Shown here: piece after piece, positions 48,273 to 60,274 of the stretch
How the letters are laid out: each line of letters starts with the position of its first letter
Position numbering within the stretch: position 1 is the stretch's first letter
Source: Eledone cirrhosa
Taxonomy: Eukaryota
Direction of reading: 5' to 3'
Assembly (NCBI GenBank): GCA_964016885.1
Contig: OZ024764.1
Coordinates: 24,986,001-25,050,000 of the forward strand
Length of the DNA stretch: 64,000 nt
Notes under the pieces: model-generated
The model's database searches: none
Told to the model about the DNA's origin: nothing
Seen by the model: the letters and a program-made list of their open reading frames with translations, nothing else
Made by a program: the position numbers and the translations under genes

Positions 48273-48528
48273 AAGAAATTAAAAGATGGTTAAAAATATA
48301 TTTTATTATACGCATTTCAAAAACAAATATCATCCTGGGACGATAGTTGCGTTCTCATCAGATATGTTGACTGAACACTTTCTTGTTCACAAGTGTTTTT
48401 TTAGGCATCATATCATGTTACGTTATTTTATCTGATGAGAACGTAACTATCGTCCCAGGATGATTTTTGTTTTTGAAATGCGCATAATAAAATATATGGA
48501 ACTTTTTTAACCATCTTTTAATTTCTTC
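48273..48528. mobile_element. Fold-back family-A element with a hammerhead in each arm (minus ~48298-48364; plus ~48424-48494)
   Basis: 48273-48364 is inverted relative to 48429-48528. Plus copy: CTGATGA 48432-38, GAAA 48475-78, tgcgca, TA, ataaaata. The element ends in (TA)n. Confidence 0.85.
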
Positions 48529-48534
48529 TTCTTA

Positions 48535-48587
<53 letters not shown>

Positions 48588-48679
48588 CGAAGGAAATATG
48601 ATAAGGACCAGGTGGAACTTAACGCACCAGAATTAGCCGTCGAAACGGCTTGAGCTCAGCCGTCGGGGTCTTACTCGTT

Positions 48680-48755
<76 letters not shown>

Positions 48756-48765
48756 TATTAAAACA

Positions 48766-48831
48766 ATTAAAGTTTAAGCAAAGAATCGCTGTTTCACGGT
48801 GAAAGCAGTGATTCTTTGCTTAAACTTTAAT
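48766..48831. repeat. Hairpin member of dispersed repeat family C (also ~49423-49563 and ~60829-60987)
   Basis: attaaagtttaagcaaagaatcgctgtttcac / gtgaaagcagtgattctttgcttaaactttaat. The same sequence is linear at 49529-49561 and folded differently at 60915-60987. Confidence 0.85.
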
Positions 48832-49176
48832 CTGTTAGTTTAATAAATATTATAGCATCTACTTATCCTGACAAGAATCGAAATATCTAATCGTCTGCAA
48901 GTGGCAGAAATTTGTTAACGTCTGCGCATTCCATAAAAGGGAAATAACTCGTCTCTCATCTCTATTTAGACATTTGAACTGAAAAATCAATACATTACAA
49001 ATTCGATTTTTGCACTTGGCGTGTGTCGATTTGAAAACTTTTTTGACCGATGTCTCCGCCGGACCTTCATCTATGAGTGTAGCAATTTCACGGAAATTTG
49101 AGCGTGTGTGTGAGTGCATGTAACTGCAGCTGTGTGTATGTATGGGTGGGTATATATGTATATGTATATGTATATT

Positions 49177-49211
<35 letters not shown>

Positions 49212-50170
49212 ATATATATATATGTGCATGTGTGTGTGTTTGTATATATTTATATATATGTGTGCGTGTATATTGATTTATGTGTGTGTGTATGTATAAA
49301 TGTGTGTGTGACCGAGCAGGTAGGGGTGTGTGTGTGTGTGTGTGTATGTGTATATACGTAAGTGTATAAGTATATATGATTCTTTCTTTTCCTCTCTTAG
49401 ACTTAAATAAATATATATATATAGTAATAATAATAAATGTGAAGACTAAAATCCAAAGAGGGCTCGATAAGGATAAATTTATATCAAATATATAAGAACC
49501 ATAGAGAAAATATTTATTAAAATAACAGATTAAAGTTTAAGCAAAGAATCGTTGCTTTCACCCTTAACGGGATCTTCTGGAAGTAAAAAAAATCAATCTG
49601 TGAACGCAGAAGTAAATATTTCGAAAAACGTTGCAACTGAAGGAAGACAGGAAGACGATATTTTGGTTCGTGAAGTCGTTCCCTGGCAATGAACGGAAAA
49701 AAGCGAAGACAATACGTCATTATTTGAAACGTGAGAACAATTATACGCAAAGACAAAACCACGTTTATAGTATAAATGGAGTCATTAGACTAATATTCTA
49801 TTTAAGAAACCGAATGATTCTCGGCTTCGGAGTTAAGAGTAATGTAAATAAATTAGTTGAACGACAGAGGTTATTAAAGATATAAAAGTAATAATAATTA
49901 AATATATATATATATATATATATACATCTATCATCATCATCGTCATCTATATACGTATATACATGTGTATACGCGAAAACACCCGCCATGCATGCATATA
50001 CATGTACGTACACATAAACACGCACACATACGCATATAAATACACACACATAAGTAGGTATATAACGCACGCACACACATACCTACAGCTAAATACACAT
50101 GTTCACCAAACATACGTATACCAAAACACAATGTAGACATATACACACCTTACATAAGTGCAAACACGCA

Positions 50171-51651
50171 TCATCATCATCATCATCATCATCGTTTAAC
50201 GTCCATCTTCCACGCTTGCATGGGTTTGGACGGGAGTTTCCCCACCTGAGGCAAGATTGGTTGTCCTGCTCGTATAGGACTGTCTGGCGGGTTTTCTACG
50301 GCTGGATGCCCTTCCTAACACCAACCACGTTTACAGTGTGGACTGTGAGGTTTTTACCGTGTTACCTACACGGCCACATTACAGCGTGGACTGTGTGTTT
50401 TTTGTCGTGACACCTACACGTCTGGCGGGTTTTCTACGGCTGGATGCCCTTCCCAACACCAACCACGTTTACAGTGTGTACTGGAAGGTTTTTACCGTGT
50501 TACCTACACGGCCACATTACAGCGTGGACTGTGTGTTTTTTTTTTGTCGTGACACCTACACGACCTCATTTATTTCGGACTGGATGTTGTGGTACCAACA
50601 TAACTTCACATTTAAGGGGGTGGTGTGAATGGGGTGGGGGTAGTGGGACGGGGGTGTATTTCGTTAGAGGTGCCTACTGACTGTAGGTTTCGCTTTTTAC
50701 TTAGACAAGGCGGGTCTTCTGTATAACTGTGTAGCGCCAAAGCTCTCGGTCCAGTGACATTGTCTTGAAGAGGTGTAAGTGTGTGAGGTCGGAATTTATC
50801 AAGTCGTCCCAGGTTTTTCTGGGTCTGCCTACTCCGTGGCTACCGTCTATTTTTATCGACCTGCACTTTTTTATGCAGCTGTCGTCTTTCATGCGATTCG
50901 TGTGACCGTACCAACGTAGTCTTCTCTCGAGTAAACAACATCTGATCCCTCTTATTTCTAATGTCTCCCTTAGTTCGTTTATGCTTTGCCGTTCACGTAT
51001 ATTACTATTACACATCCAGCGGAGCATGCAAGCTTCGTTCCTCTCTAGTCTGCGTATATCCTCTGCACACAATGCCCAGGTCTCACTGCCATGCAACATT
51101 GCTGTTCGTATGCAGGCATCATACAGCCTGCCTTTCATTTTTAGAGAGAACCCTTTAGCGACCAATAGTGGTATAAGCTCCCTGAACTTTTTCCATCCAG
51201 TTCTGACTCTAGCTACTGTACTTTCAGAGCAGCCTCCCCCACTGCTGATTTTGTCACCCAGGTAACGGAAGCTGTCCACTATTTCTATAGAACCATCTGT
51301 GCAATGGAATGAGTTAGTATTCTGTGGGCACTTGCTGCTACTTATTGCACCAGAGCACCGGCCACATATAAAATCTATATTCTTAGTTAGCTTACCTGTG
51401 ATCCCACTACATCTTTTATGTACCCATACTTTGCATTTGGGACATAAAAGGGAGTTTCTGCCTACTCTTTTCCTACACACTGAACATGGCCATTTCCCTG
51501 AGGGTACCTGTGCCTTATTTTACTTCCTTACAAACTAGAACTTTAGTCTTAGACAAGTTAACTTTAAGGCCTTTTGATTCTAGGCCATGCTTCCATGTTT
51601 GGAATTTCTTCTCTAGTTCAGCCATTGATTCAGCTATGAACGTTAGATCAT
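50171..51651 (-). mobile_element. 5'-truncated RTE-type LINE with (GAT)n tail; possible TSD cacgca (50165-70 / 51652-57)
   Basis: Begins at the RT catalytic DD (DDLTFIAESMAELEKKFQTWKHGLESKGLKVNLSKTKV). ORF remnant 50701-51480. The 3' UTR has a ~140-bp tandem duplication. (cat)n tail at 50171-50193. Confidence 0.93.
50701..51651 (-). pseudogene. C-terminal RTE reverse transcriptase remnant with a Cys/His-rich PHD-like insert
   Basis: CSVCRKRVGRNSLLCPKCKVWVHKRC...FICGRC, VDSFRYLGDKI, LHGSETW, RRLRWYGH, GRPRKTW; stop/frameshift near 51518. Confidence 0.9.
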
Positions 51652-52294
51652 CACGCAAAATACACATATACACATAACCATATACACATGTACCAGTATA
51701 TCTGTTAGAACACGAAAAGTGTGAAACAACAGAATGTTCACTTTTCGTGTTCTAACATATATGCCTAGCTTCTTTAAAAATTTTTCGGGGATAGCCGTGG
51801 TGGTGGTGATCGTATGTCATTGGCTAATTTTCAACCAATCAGAGTACCTCTCTCTATATCTCTTCCACTGTTACTTACGCCTGTTTCTCTCTATCTGTTC
51901 CGTCTCTATATATATCTCTTACTCTTTCGCTTTGCACTCCTCCCCTTCAATACCATCTCTCCCCCTCTCTATATATTTGTTACTCTATCGCTGCACGCTC
52001 CTCTCCTTCAATATATCAATTACACACGCTTTAAACTCCTTTATCCCCAGCGCCCCTATATATACACCCCCCTCTCCCGCATCTATATTTTAATGTACCG
52101 TTGCACCGTGAATATATGTGTCTATATATATATACATATATATTGTATATACACAATCATGTATGTGTATACACACTCATGTATGTATATACACTGGTTT
52201 TATGTGTGTATTGTAAATTTGTACTGTTAAAACACGAAACTAACATTCGATTGACACTTTGATTACCTGTACAGGCAATAGTTATTAGAATGCT

Positions 52295-52331
52295 GTTGAA
52301 GTGTGTATATATTTTGGGGGGACATCCTGTA
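52295..52331 (-). mobile_element. Possible solitary Tc1/mariner terminal inverted repeat
   Basis: Minus strand reads TA-caggatgtccccccaaaatatatacacact, resembling TA-CAGGGTGTCCC mariner termini. No partner end was found. Confidence 0.45.
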
Positions 52332-53529
52332 TATACACACATTATATATAATACAATAAACAGATAAATACACACATATATATATGAGCTTATTTAATTA
52401 TAAATATTGTGAATTTTTAACTCAGTTCAATTATATATAACTGTTTCATTCGAAAGAAATCATCATAATATTGAGAGTGGGGACTAGATAAAATATTTCA
52501 AATCAAATGTGTATAAGTTATAAGTTAAAATGTATAAATAGAGACGATAGTGGAGGTATATCTGTTTAGTGGAACAGTAGACGATAGAATTAAATACAGA
52601 CGATAATCTCCCTTTAATGAAACAGCAGACGATAGAATTAAGGCAATTTAAATTTTAAGCATTTGCATTTTTGCCTTTCATCGTTACGGGGTCGATAAAA
52701 TAAAGTACCAGTAATACACTGTCACTATAAGTAGACGACTTTCAAATTGAATTGTTGGTTCCATTTCTTTAGTATTTTCAATTGTAGTTATCTACTTAAA
52801 AAGCGTTACACGGTTAGAGACATAATTCGTAAGTTATATCTTCCCTATTAAACCATTGCATTATTTCGCCTACAATAGAACAAAAATGAAATGTTCTTTA
52901 AAGAAACAGGAATATAACTTTATAAAAAAAAAAGTTGCATCCGCTTCTTTTATCATTGATAATTTTTTCGTTTTAATATTAATTGTTTTTTGTAGTTGTT
53001 TATATTAAAAATCTTACTGTAATATTTACTTAAACGAAGGCAAACATCTAAACTTATAGATTAATCTTGAGCGAAGGACTAGATAAATCTCTCTCTCTCT
53101 CTCTCTCTCCCTCTCTCTCTTTCTCTCTCTCTCTATATATATATATATAAACGAAGAATGATAAAATTTCAAGCAAAGAGTTTAATTAGGTATATTTTGT
53201 AATATTATTAACTAATTATTATAATTAACGCGCATATTTTGCTATCCTCAAACACGTTTACACATGGCATGAAATATAACTAATCCGAGATGGCTAGGTT
53301 TCATCTTCTAACTGGATATACGAAATCCATTATGTCTTGACAACAACATGAGGTAACATTATGTTATTCACAGACACACTTTGTACACTGTTCCATATCA
53401 GAATGTATTTCCTTCGTCACATTCACAAACAGTATTGAAAATATGTTCTTCGGCAAATAAAAATGTTTTGTTCATAATATTTCAACTAGCGATTGCTCTA
53501 CTCCACGCACGACCACCATAAATTAATGA

Positions 53530-53705
53530 CCAGCTCAACACAAGTATTGGTAGAGCGTCAGACACCATGCTTTGCAGTATTGTTATGGTCCTTTGCATTC
53601 TAAGTTCAAATCCTGCCGAGGTTAACTTCGACTTTCATACTTACTAATTCGATAAAATAAAGTACCAGTAATGGACTGCCGTAATGGATTTGTGCCGAAA
53701 AATAG
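53530..53705 (+). mobile_element. tRNA-derived SINE, degenerate
   Basis: A-box-like ttggtagagcg, B-box-like gttcaaatcc, then the core gataaaataaagtaccagt and gtgccgaaa. Confidence 0.68.
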
Positions 53706-54266
53706 AAACACTATTAATGTGCAATAAGAGCAAAATATAACGACATTGCTCAATTATTTTATCTAATGTTGTAATAACACAAGGAAATGTTGTTTGTGTA
53801 TTTTTTTTTATATTTGCTCATAGGCTTTTACAATTTCGCTCAGCCAACAACTATTAAAAAGTGAGTTGCTTAAGATAACAATTTAATCACAAATTGTTGC
53901 TATCTTTTAATACACTCCAACAAGTCATCAAATTATGTACAATAAAAACAAATCTTATTAATTTGCTCAGGGAATATAAAGAAAATGTATATACACTGAT
54001 AATTGCAATTGTATGTAAATATTTTGTTTTTGTATTGTATATTTTATGTTTTCTATTATGTATAATATATTGATTTAATATTGATTGTTTTTTGTAGTTG
54101 TTTATATTAAAAGTCTGAAAATATTTTTATACATCTTACACTAATATTTATAAGATAATTTATAATAACAATTACATAATCTAATTACATTACAACGATA
54201 ATTTATTATTAATATATATCCTCTTTAACTAGAGTTATTACAAGCGTTGCCTTAAAAAAATATTAA

Positions 54267-54999
54267 ACTAGACATGAAAAATGCGCAAGCTCAAAAGTGC
54301 CACAGAATGTTATAATAAACCTTCAAAAGTGTGGGACTAGAGTTGTTGCTAAAAAATATTGTAATCATTATATATCGTACATTCTGTGGCATCCTTTATA
54401 AAAATAGCTTAAACCAACGAAGCCTTTATTTTTACGCTATTTCACTTAGTTAATTCTTAGAGTGTAACATATAAAAATAAATACATCTATGTTTAATGTA
54501 ATAACAGCTATAAATAATTACGTAATATTATTATCATATACTCATAGTAACAAAATAATTGTGTTGAAACTTAATATGATGCTTATATGAACGATCAAAT
54601 CTATAATGATAATTTCTTAAATATACTAATAGTAAAATAATTTAGTTATCTATTGTTACATTTTCATAGAACTATAATATTAACAATCGTATTGCATTAT
54701 CAAATTTTTATCACTACAAACTTTCATATTGGAATTACCTTAAGCCACTTATTATATTAATTTATTTATTTTATAGTTGTAAATCATATTTTTATATGTT
54801 ACACTCTAAGAATTAACTAAGTGAAATAGCGTAAAAATAAAGGCTTCGTTGGTTTAAGCTATTTTTATAAAGGATGCCACAGAATGTACGATATATAATG
54901 ATTACAATATTTTTTAGCAACAACTCTAGTCCCACACTTTTGAAGGTTTATTATAACATTCTGTGGCACTTTTGAGCTTGCGCATTTTTCATGTCTAGT
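54267..54999. repeat. 213-bp apparently perfect inverted repeat with ~307-bp spacer, at the 3' side of the minus-strand Penelope-like fragment
   Basis: 54267-54479 is the reverse complement of 54787-54999. Confidence 0.95.
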
Positions 55000-55175
55000 A
55001 TAATATAATATATACGCCTATAACATATACAAGCAAATATACTTACAAGAAAGTATACGTACCTTCACAAAACATACAGGTAATATATACTTACCTATAC
55101 AAATAAGTAATTGTATAAACATAACATATACTTAGCTACCACATCAAGACGTAAATTATCCGCGTATTGTTCGTA

Positions 55176-55715
55176 CTATCTGTTAGGGTATAATGTGGGG
55201 CTGTAATACAGGAAGGTTTTATGCAATTTGTGTTTACGAGCCAAAATTGCCTCAGATTTTTTGTTGTGATCATTGGTGTAGAGTATTTCCAGGGCTTCAG
55301 CAGCGCAAAGATCACATGGTCTTTTATTTCCGTTATACGATCTAGCTTTAGCTAGGATCTCCCAGTGTAACCTATATTGGGTGTGGTTGTCTTTTAGACT
55401 CCAGATATAAGCTGAAAGTGACGTCATGTCCCTTCTTAAAGGGTTAAGAAAAGAATGGGTGTGCATGTGAAGACGCTGCTTGAATCTATTGGCGGTTAAC
55501 CCTATGTAGACCCTACTAGACGTGGGTGTTTTGACCTTACTTTTGTAGACAATGTTACTGGAGAGGCATTTCCCAGATAGAGGGCAGTCAACCCGATTAC
55601 TACAATTACAGTTAGTACTAGTTACAGGGTTGCCTGTGTTCCTACGGCTAGGTAATCTGGCTAAATTTGAAGCAGTAATGTAAGGAGTCGTAGAGCAAGA
55701 TATTTTAATGGTATT
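55176..55715 (-). pseudogene. Penelope-like element fragment, GIY-YIG endonuclease C-terminus, 5'-truncated at (TA)n
   Basis: The frame is open upstream of the listed ATG: NTIKISCSTTP...CNCSNRVDCPLSGKCLSSNIVYKS...VYIGLTANRFKQR...LSAYIWSLK...CDLCAAEALEI. Homologous to the 61737-62411 ORF. Confidence 0.9.
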
Positions 55716-56207
55716 TCATATATATATATAAATTTAAAGGTATAGCACTAGGAAAAAACAAACGACTAGGCATGAAGTAGATGTTAGATGGGAAAGATTT
55801 AATTAGAGTCTGTTTTTTAACACATGTTTCAGTACAACATCAGTCTACGATACATTTAAATTTACAATTACTCCATAATTTTCTATTTAGATACATACAT
55901 TGAACTCTCAAATTGGACTATTGCTGTACTTCCTGCAAAAACCATATCGAGAAAAATGTCGACGTAAGTAATCTTACTTGTTTATTTTCTTTGTACATTG
56001 ATTCACACAAACAAATTTTAACCTTACATGTCTTTGTATATATATATATTTTAAAGTTGAAACAATAAACAGAAAACAAAAAAAAACGACGTAGAAGCAA
56101 AGAGGCAGTACAAATGTTGATATTAGTTTCACGCTTCAGAGTGGGAGATACATAGATATATATACATATATATATACATATATATATATACATATATATA
56201 TACATAC

Positions 56208-56286
<79 letters not shown>

Positions 56287-56335
56287 TGAGATTCTACAGG
56301 ACTAGAACTGTTTCATTCTTTCCCTGAATAACGTA

Positions 56336-56396
<61 letters not shown>

Positions 56397-56627
56397 GTAT
56401 ATAATAGTAACAACCACAATGGTAGAAATAACAGTAACAACAACAACAATAACGGTGAAGTAAACAACAATACATCTAGCAATCATAACAATAATAATAA
56501 TGCTAATGATAGAAACAACAACAACCACCATGATAACAATAATAGCAACGCACACAACTATGACGATAGATATAATGACAACCCCTTAGAGAAACTATTT
56601 TTCAACCCAGCTGACAAAACATATAAG

Positions 56628-58988
56628 ATGGGTAATATCTATCCTACGAGGTTACCCTTTAATAAAAGAGTTTGCATACCACAGCAAATAGATGACGAGA
56701 CGGAGGCACAGTTCACCATAGCTAGAAATAAGATTAGACAAGTAGTAGACAGGTATACTATGAGACAGAGCAGACCAGAGGCCCAACAACTTGGGAGAAA
56801 ACCTGTAGAAGGCTTGGTTAGCCTCAAGCAGCGCACAAGGGATGGTGAAGTAGTGTGTCTACCCACAGATAAGTCTGGTAGGATGTCAATAGATAGCATG
56901 CCGAACTACATCGAGGCTATGCAACCCCACATCACCAACACGAGCGAAGTTGCACAACAAACACACGATGGGAGAGAAAAAATCCTCAACGCTCACATGA
57001 TGATGTGGACTGACATCCTAAAGCCAAGCAGACGCACTGCCAACAACTTCCAGGCGTCTAACAATGGCATACCACCCTTGTATGGGCTCCGCAAAGACCA
57101 CAAGACAGTCGACGACCCAACAACAGGACTACCAACAAGACCCGTATGCGGAGCTAATATAGCTAGCAACTACAGGATCTCCTACTTCCTCTCAATGGTT
57201 ATACGCCCCATAATCAAGATGTCCCCAGATGTATGTGAAAGTACAGAGGACCTCCTCAGCAGAATCAGTGAGTGCAACAAAAACAGGAGCCTATCCAACT
57301 GCATAATAGGCAGCATGGATGTGGTGTCACTGTACCCATCCATTAACATTGATTTTGCTGTGAAAAGATGTGTGGAGATGATCATTGAGAGTGAGGTGGA
57401 GTTCTGCGACGTCGACACAGACGAACTGGGCCTCCTACTTAGACTTACCTACGACACTGACTACCTAGACAGCCATGACCTTAGATGTTTCTGCCCTAGT
57501 AGACCTATAAGAGGTAGACCCCCCACCATAACCTCAATGGCAAAAAAGACTCCCTTAGGAAGGTCGATTGGGTGGACCAAAGCTATACGGACCCCCCAAA
57601 ACACTGATCAGGTAAGAAAAATGGTCGCACATGCAATAGGGGCTAGTATCAAAACTACCCTAAAGGGCCACATATTTAAGTTCAATGAGAAAATCTACAC
57701 CCAAAATGAGGGAGCAGCCATCGGCGTCAGCATAGCTGGTGATGTTGCCAACCTTTTCATGGTATGGTGGGAAAGGAGACTTAAATATCTCCTTAATGAA
57801 AGCTCCATAGACCTCATCATGTACTCTCGTTATGTAGACGATATCAATATAGTTATAAGAACACCCCCACTAGAGAGCACTAACAAGTTTGATTTAGAAC
57901 GTAGCACGATGGAAGGCATCCAGCAGATAGCTAATTCCATACACCAGAGTATAACTGTAACTATCGACTTCCCTTCCAAACACCCTAACAATAGACTACC
58001 TGTATTAGACACAGAACTCTGGATTAATACTATAGACGAGAGAGCCCAAATTCTCCACTCACACTATGCTAAACCCATGGCCTCCAAATACCTGATACTC
58101 AAAAACTCAGCAATGTCCAGTAGTGCTAAGTTTAATATTCTGATCGCAGATTTGGTACGAGTGATGAAGAATGTGTCCAGCATGTGCGACCCAACAGAAA
58201 TGGAAAGACACATCCAACACTTCATCAACCGCATGCAGTTCTCTGGCTACAACCAAAGAGACAGAGTCAGAGTATACGAAGGAGCCATGGAAAAGTATAA
58301 GCCCCTCATAGAACTGGACATGAAAGGAATTTGCCCACTATACAGGAGCAAATCATGGAATAGCTTAGATAGGGCTAGACATAAGATAGGGAAGGCCACA
58401 TCATGGTACGACAACCAGAGATATCAGAGTGTCATGTTTGTGGACGCCACCCCTGGAGGGAAATTAGCTAACCAGTGTAGAAAGGCCCTGAGAAAGACCC
58501 ACTTAAAAATAAAGGTGGTAGAAAAGCCAGGAACCACCATAAAATCCCTGATCAGCAAAACCTACCCTTTTAAGAAAACCCACTGTACCAATAGGAAATG
58601 TATCATATGTAAGGTGAACCCCCGAATAAACTGTAAAACTAGAAACGTAGTCTATAGCATAAGATGTACAGAGGGTACTTGCAGAAACATGACAACAACA
58701 TACATAGGTGAGACAGCTCGTAGCATAGGTGAAAGGATAGACCAACACTGGGGGGAACTAAAAGGACGAAAAAACGGGTCAGTACTATACGAACATGCTA
58801 GACAACAACATGACGGTAACATAGACAGCATAGAAATTAGAATAATATCTAAACATAGGAATGACCCAGCAGATAGGAAAATCAGAGAGGCCAGTGAAAT
58901 AGAAATTAGAAGACCAAAGCTAAACAGAAAGAATGAGTGGAACAACAACAACACCCAAACAAACAACACTGACCTAAGAGAAGTATAA
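56628..58988 (+). CDS. Penelope-like reverse transcriptase / GIY-YIG endonuclease
   Basis: PTDKSG, PPLYGLRKDHK, TRPVC, GSMDVVSLYPSI, QNEGAAIG, RYVDDI, LPVLD, CTNRKCIIC linker, VVYSIRC...YIGETAR, RKIREA, LNRKNEW. The frame stays open upstream through an Asn-rich stretch to the (TA)n, so this ATG is probably internal. Confidence 0.95.
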   Translation: MGNIYPTRLPFNKRVCIPQQIDDETEAQFTIARNKIRQVVDRYTMRQSRPEAQQLGRKPVEGLVSLKQRTRDGEVVCLPTDKSGRMSIDSMPNYIEAMQPHITNTSEVAQQTHDGREKILNAHMMMWTDILKPSRRTANNFQASNNGIPPLYGLRKDHKTVDDPTTGLPTRPVCGANIASNYRISYFLSMVIRPIIKMSPDVCESTEDLLSRISECNKNRSLSNCIIGSMDVVSLYPSINIDFAVKRCVEMIIESEVEFCDVDTDELGLLLRLTYDTDYLDSHDLRCFCPSRPIRGRPPTITSMAKKTPLGRSIGWTKAIRTPQNTDQVRKMVAHAIGASIKTTLKGHIFKFNEKIYTQNEGAAIGVSIAGDVANLFMVWWERRLKYLLNESSIDLIMYSRYVDDINIVIRTPPLESTNKFDLERSTMEGIQQIANSIHQSITVTIDFPSKHPNNRLPVLDTELWINTIDERAQILHSHYAKPMASKYLILKNSAMSSSAKFNILIADLVRVMKNVSSMCDPTEMERHIQHFINRMQFSGYNQRDRVRVYEGAMEKYKPLIELDMKGICPLYRSKSWNSLDRARHKIGKATSWYDNQRYQSVMFVDATPGGKLANQCRKALRKTHLKIKVVEKPGTTIKSLISKTYPFKKTHCTNRKCIICKVNPRINCKTRNVVYSIRCTEGTCRNMTTTYIGETARSIGERIDQHWGELKGRKNGSVLYEHARQQHDGNIDSIEIRIISKHRNDPADRKIREASEIEIRRPKLNRKNEWNNNNTQTNNTDLREV

Positions 58989-59257
58989 ATAAGTAAATAA
59001 AATAAAATAAAATAAGATAAATAAATACATACACAAGCACAATAACAACAAGCACATAAACACACACTAGTCACCCAGCAGACACAACACTATACACACT
59101 AGTCACACAGCACACATAACACTATACACACACGCAAACGCATGCGCAAAGAAGACAAAATAAAATAAACAAACAAGCAAATAAATAAATAAATATATAG
59201 ACAGACTGAATAAAAAATGGCGTAGACATACAACACAACAGTAGGAAAAAAATATAA

Positions 59258-59300
59258 CACCACTGACGATGTTGCAGATGTGCAACGAAAGATTTATGTA
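59258..59300 (+). ncRNA. Hammerhead ribozyme motif in the 3' region (pLTR) of the Neptune-like element
   Basis: CTGACGA (59263-69), t, stem II gttgca-gatg-tgcaac, GAAA (59287-90), gatt, TA. Stem I is weak (ca/tg). Confidence 0.68.
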
Positions 59301-59507
59301 AATTATGTAAACTATATATATGTGTTTGTGTCTATATTGTATCTGTATTATTTTTGACCGTCGGTCAGTCAATGGCAACATTGAGGACCGAGTAAGTTAG
59401 ATCGCAGATATAATAAAAGACAGCGAGAAGCGAAAACCAACCAAACAGTGAGTGTGTTCTGTTATTAACTCTGGCAATATTACGCAAATATGACCCTCCC
59501 CAAGTAT

Positions 59508-59553
<46 letters not shown>

Positions 59554-59628
59554 CGGAGGAAATGTGGTAAGGAACCTGGTGGAACATAACGCACCAAAGT
59601 ACTCAATACTTAGGGTAGTAGAGTGGGT

Positions 59629-59935
59629 AATAGGAACGAGTAGGACCCCGACGGCTGAGCTCAAGCCGTTTCAACGGCTAATACTGGACTAAATGAACAT
59701 TTTTATCCTGGTATTTGAATAGCAGAGCTTCTCAAGGGGTAATTCCATATATGGTAAAAGTGATTGTCACAAGGATTGGTCAAAAGTTTGTTATTGAGAC
59801 ATAATAATTCTATTATGGCAATTTGTGGGGGGAAGGGGTAGCTGAACCTGCCAGTAGGAGAAAGAGGGGCAGGGGGTGGAGGAGACCAGTTGAAACGGCT
59901 TGAGCTCATCCGTCGGGGTCCTACTCGTTCCTATT
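59629..59935. repeat. 47-bp inverted arms, family D (rearranged copy at ~48597-48685)
   Basis: aataggaacgagtaggaccccgacggctgagctcaagccgtttcaac (59629-75) versus its reverse complement at 59889-935, one mismatch. Confidence 0.9.
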
Positions 59936-60012
59936 CAGCACAGCATCTCTCCACCCGTCACGGTCCTTCGTCATCTCCTCCGTGAGTTTCAGCGATCTGA
60001 GGCCTATATATA

Positions 60013-60098
60013 TAGAAATGGCAACACAACAGTTAGTTCACCATACCGAGAAGAATTGTTTCACCTTAGCGGAACTAACTGTTGTGTTACCACTTCTA
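60013..60098. repeat. Fold-back, 27-bp arms
   Basis: tagaaatggcaacacaacagttagttc / gaactaactgttgtgttaccacttcta, 2 mismatches. Confidence 0.88.
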
Positions 60099-60157
60099 CC
60101 TAACTCGTTCCATGGACTGAGTGGTCTACTACTACGGATATTACCTTCCAGTGTTCT

Positions 60158-60274
<117 letters not shown>

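Larger units (their letters stand above)
56391..59512 (+). mobile_element. Penelope-like retroelement (Neptune-like), bounded by (TA)n on both sides
   Basis: RT-thumb-Cys linker-GIY-YIG ORF, a 3' region with a hammerhead, and (TA)n at 56341-56390 and from 59513. Confidence 0.88.

Noticed and set aside
52430-52472. Degenerate hammerhead-like strings (also ~42748, ~44060-44097, ~55825-55846, ~62704)
   Set aside because: The core has substitutions (ATGATGA, CTGACAA, CTAATGA) or stems are missing. They may be decayed copies but are not supportable.
56639-59074. Short antisense ORFs over the PLE ORF (likewise over the LINE at 50961-51677)
   Set aside because: Shadow ORFs with no recognisable motifs.
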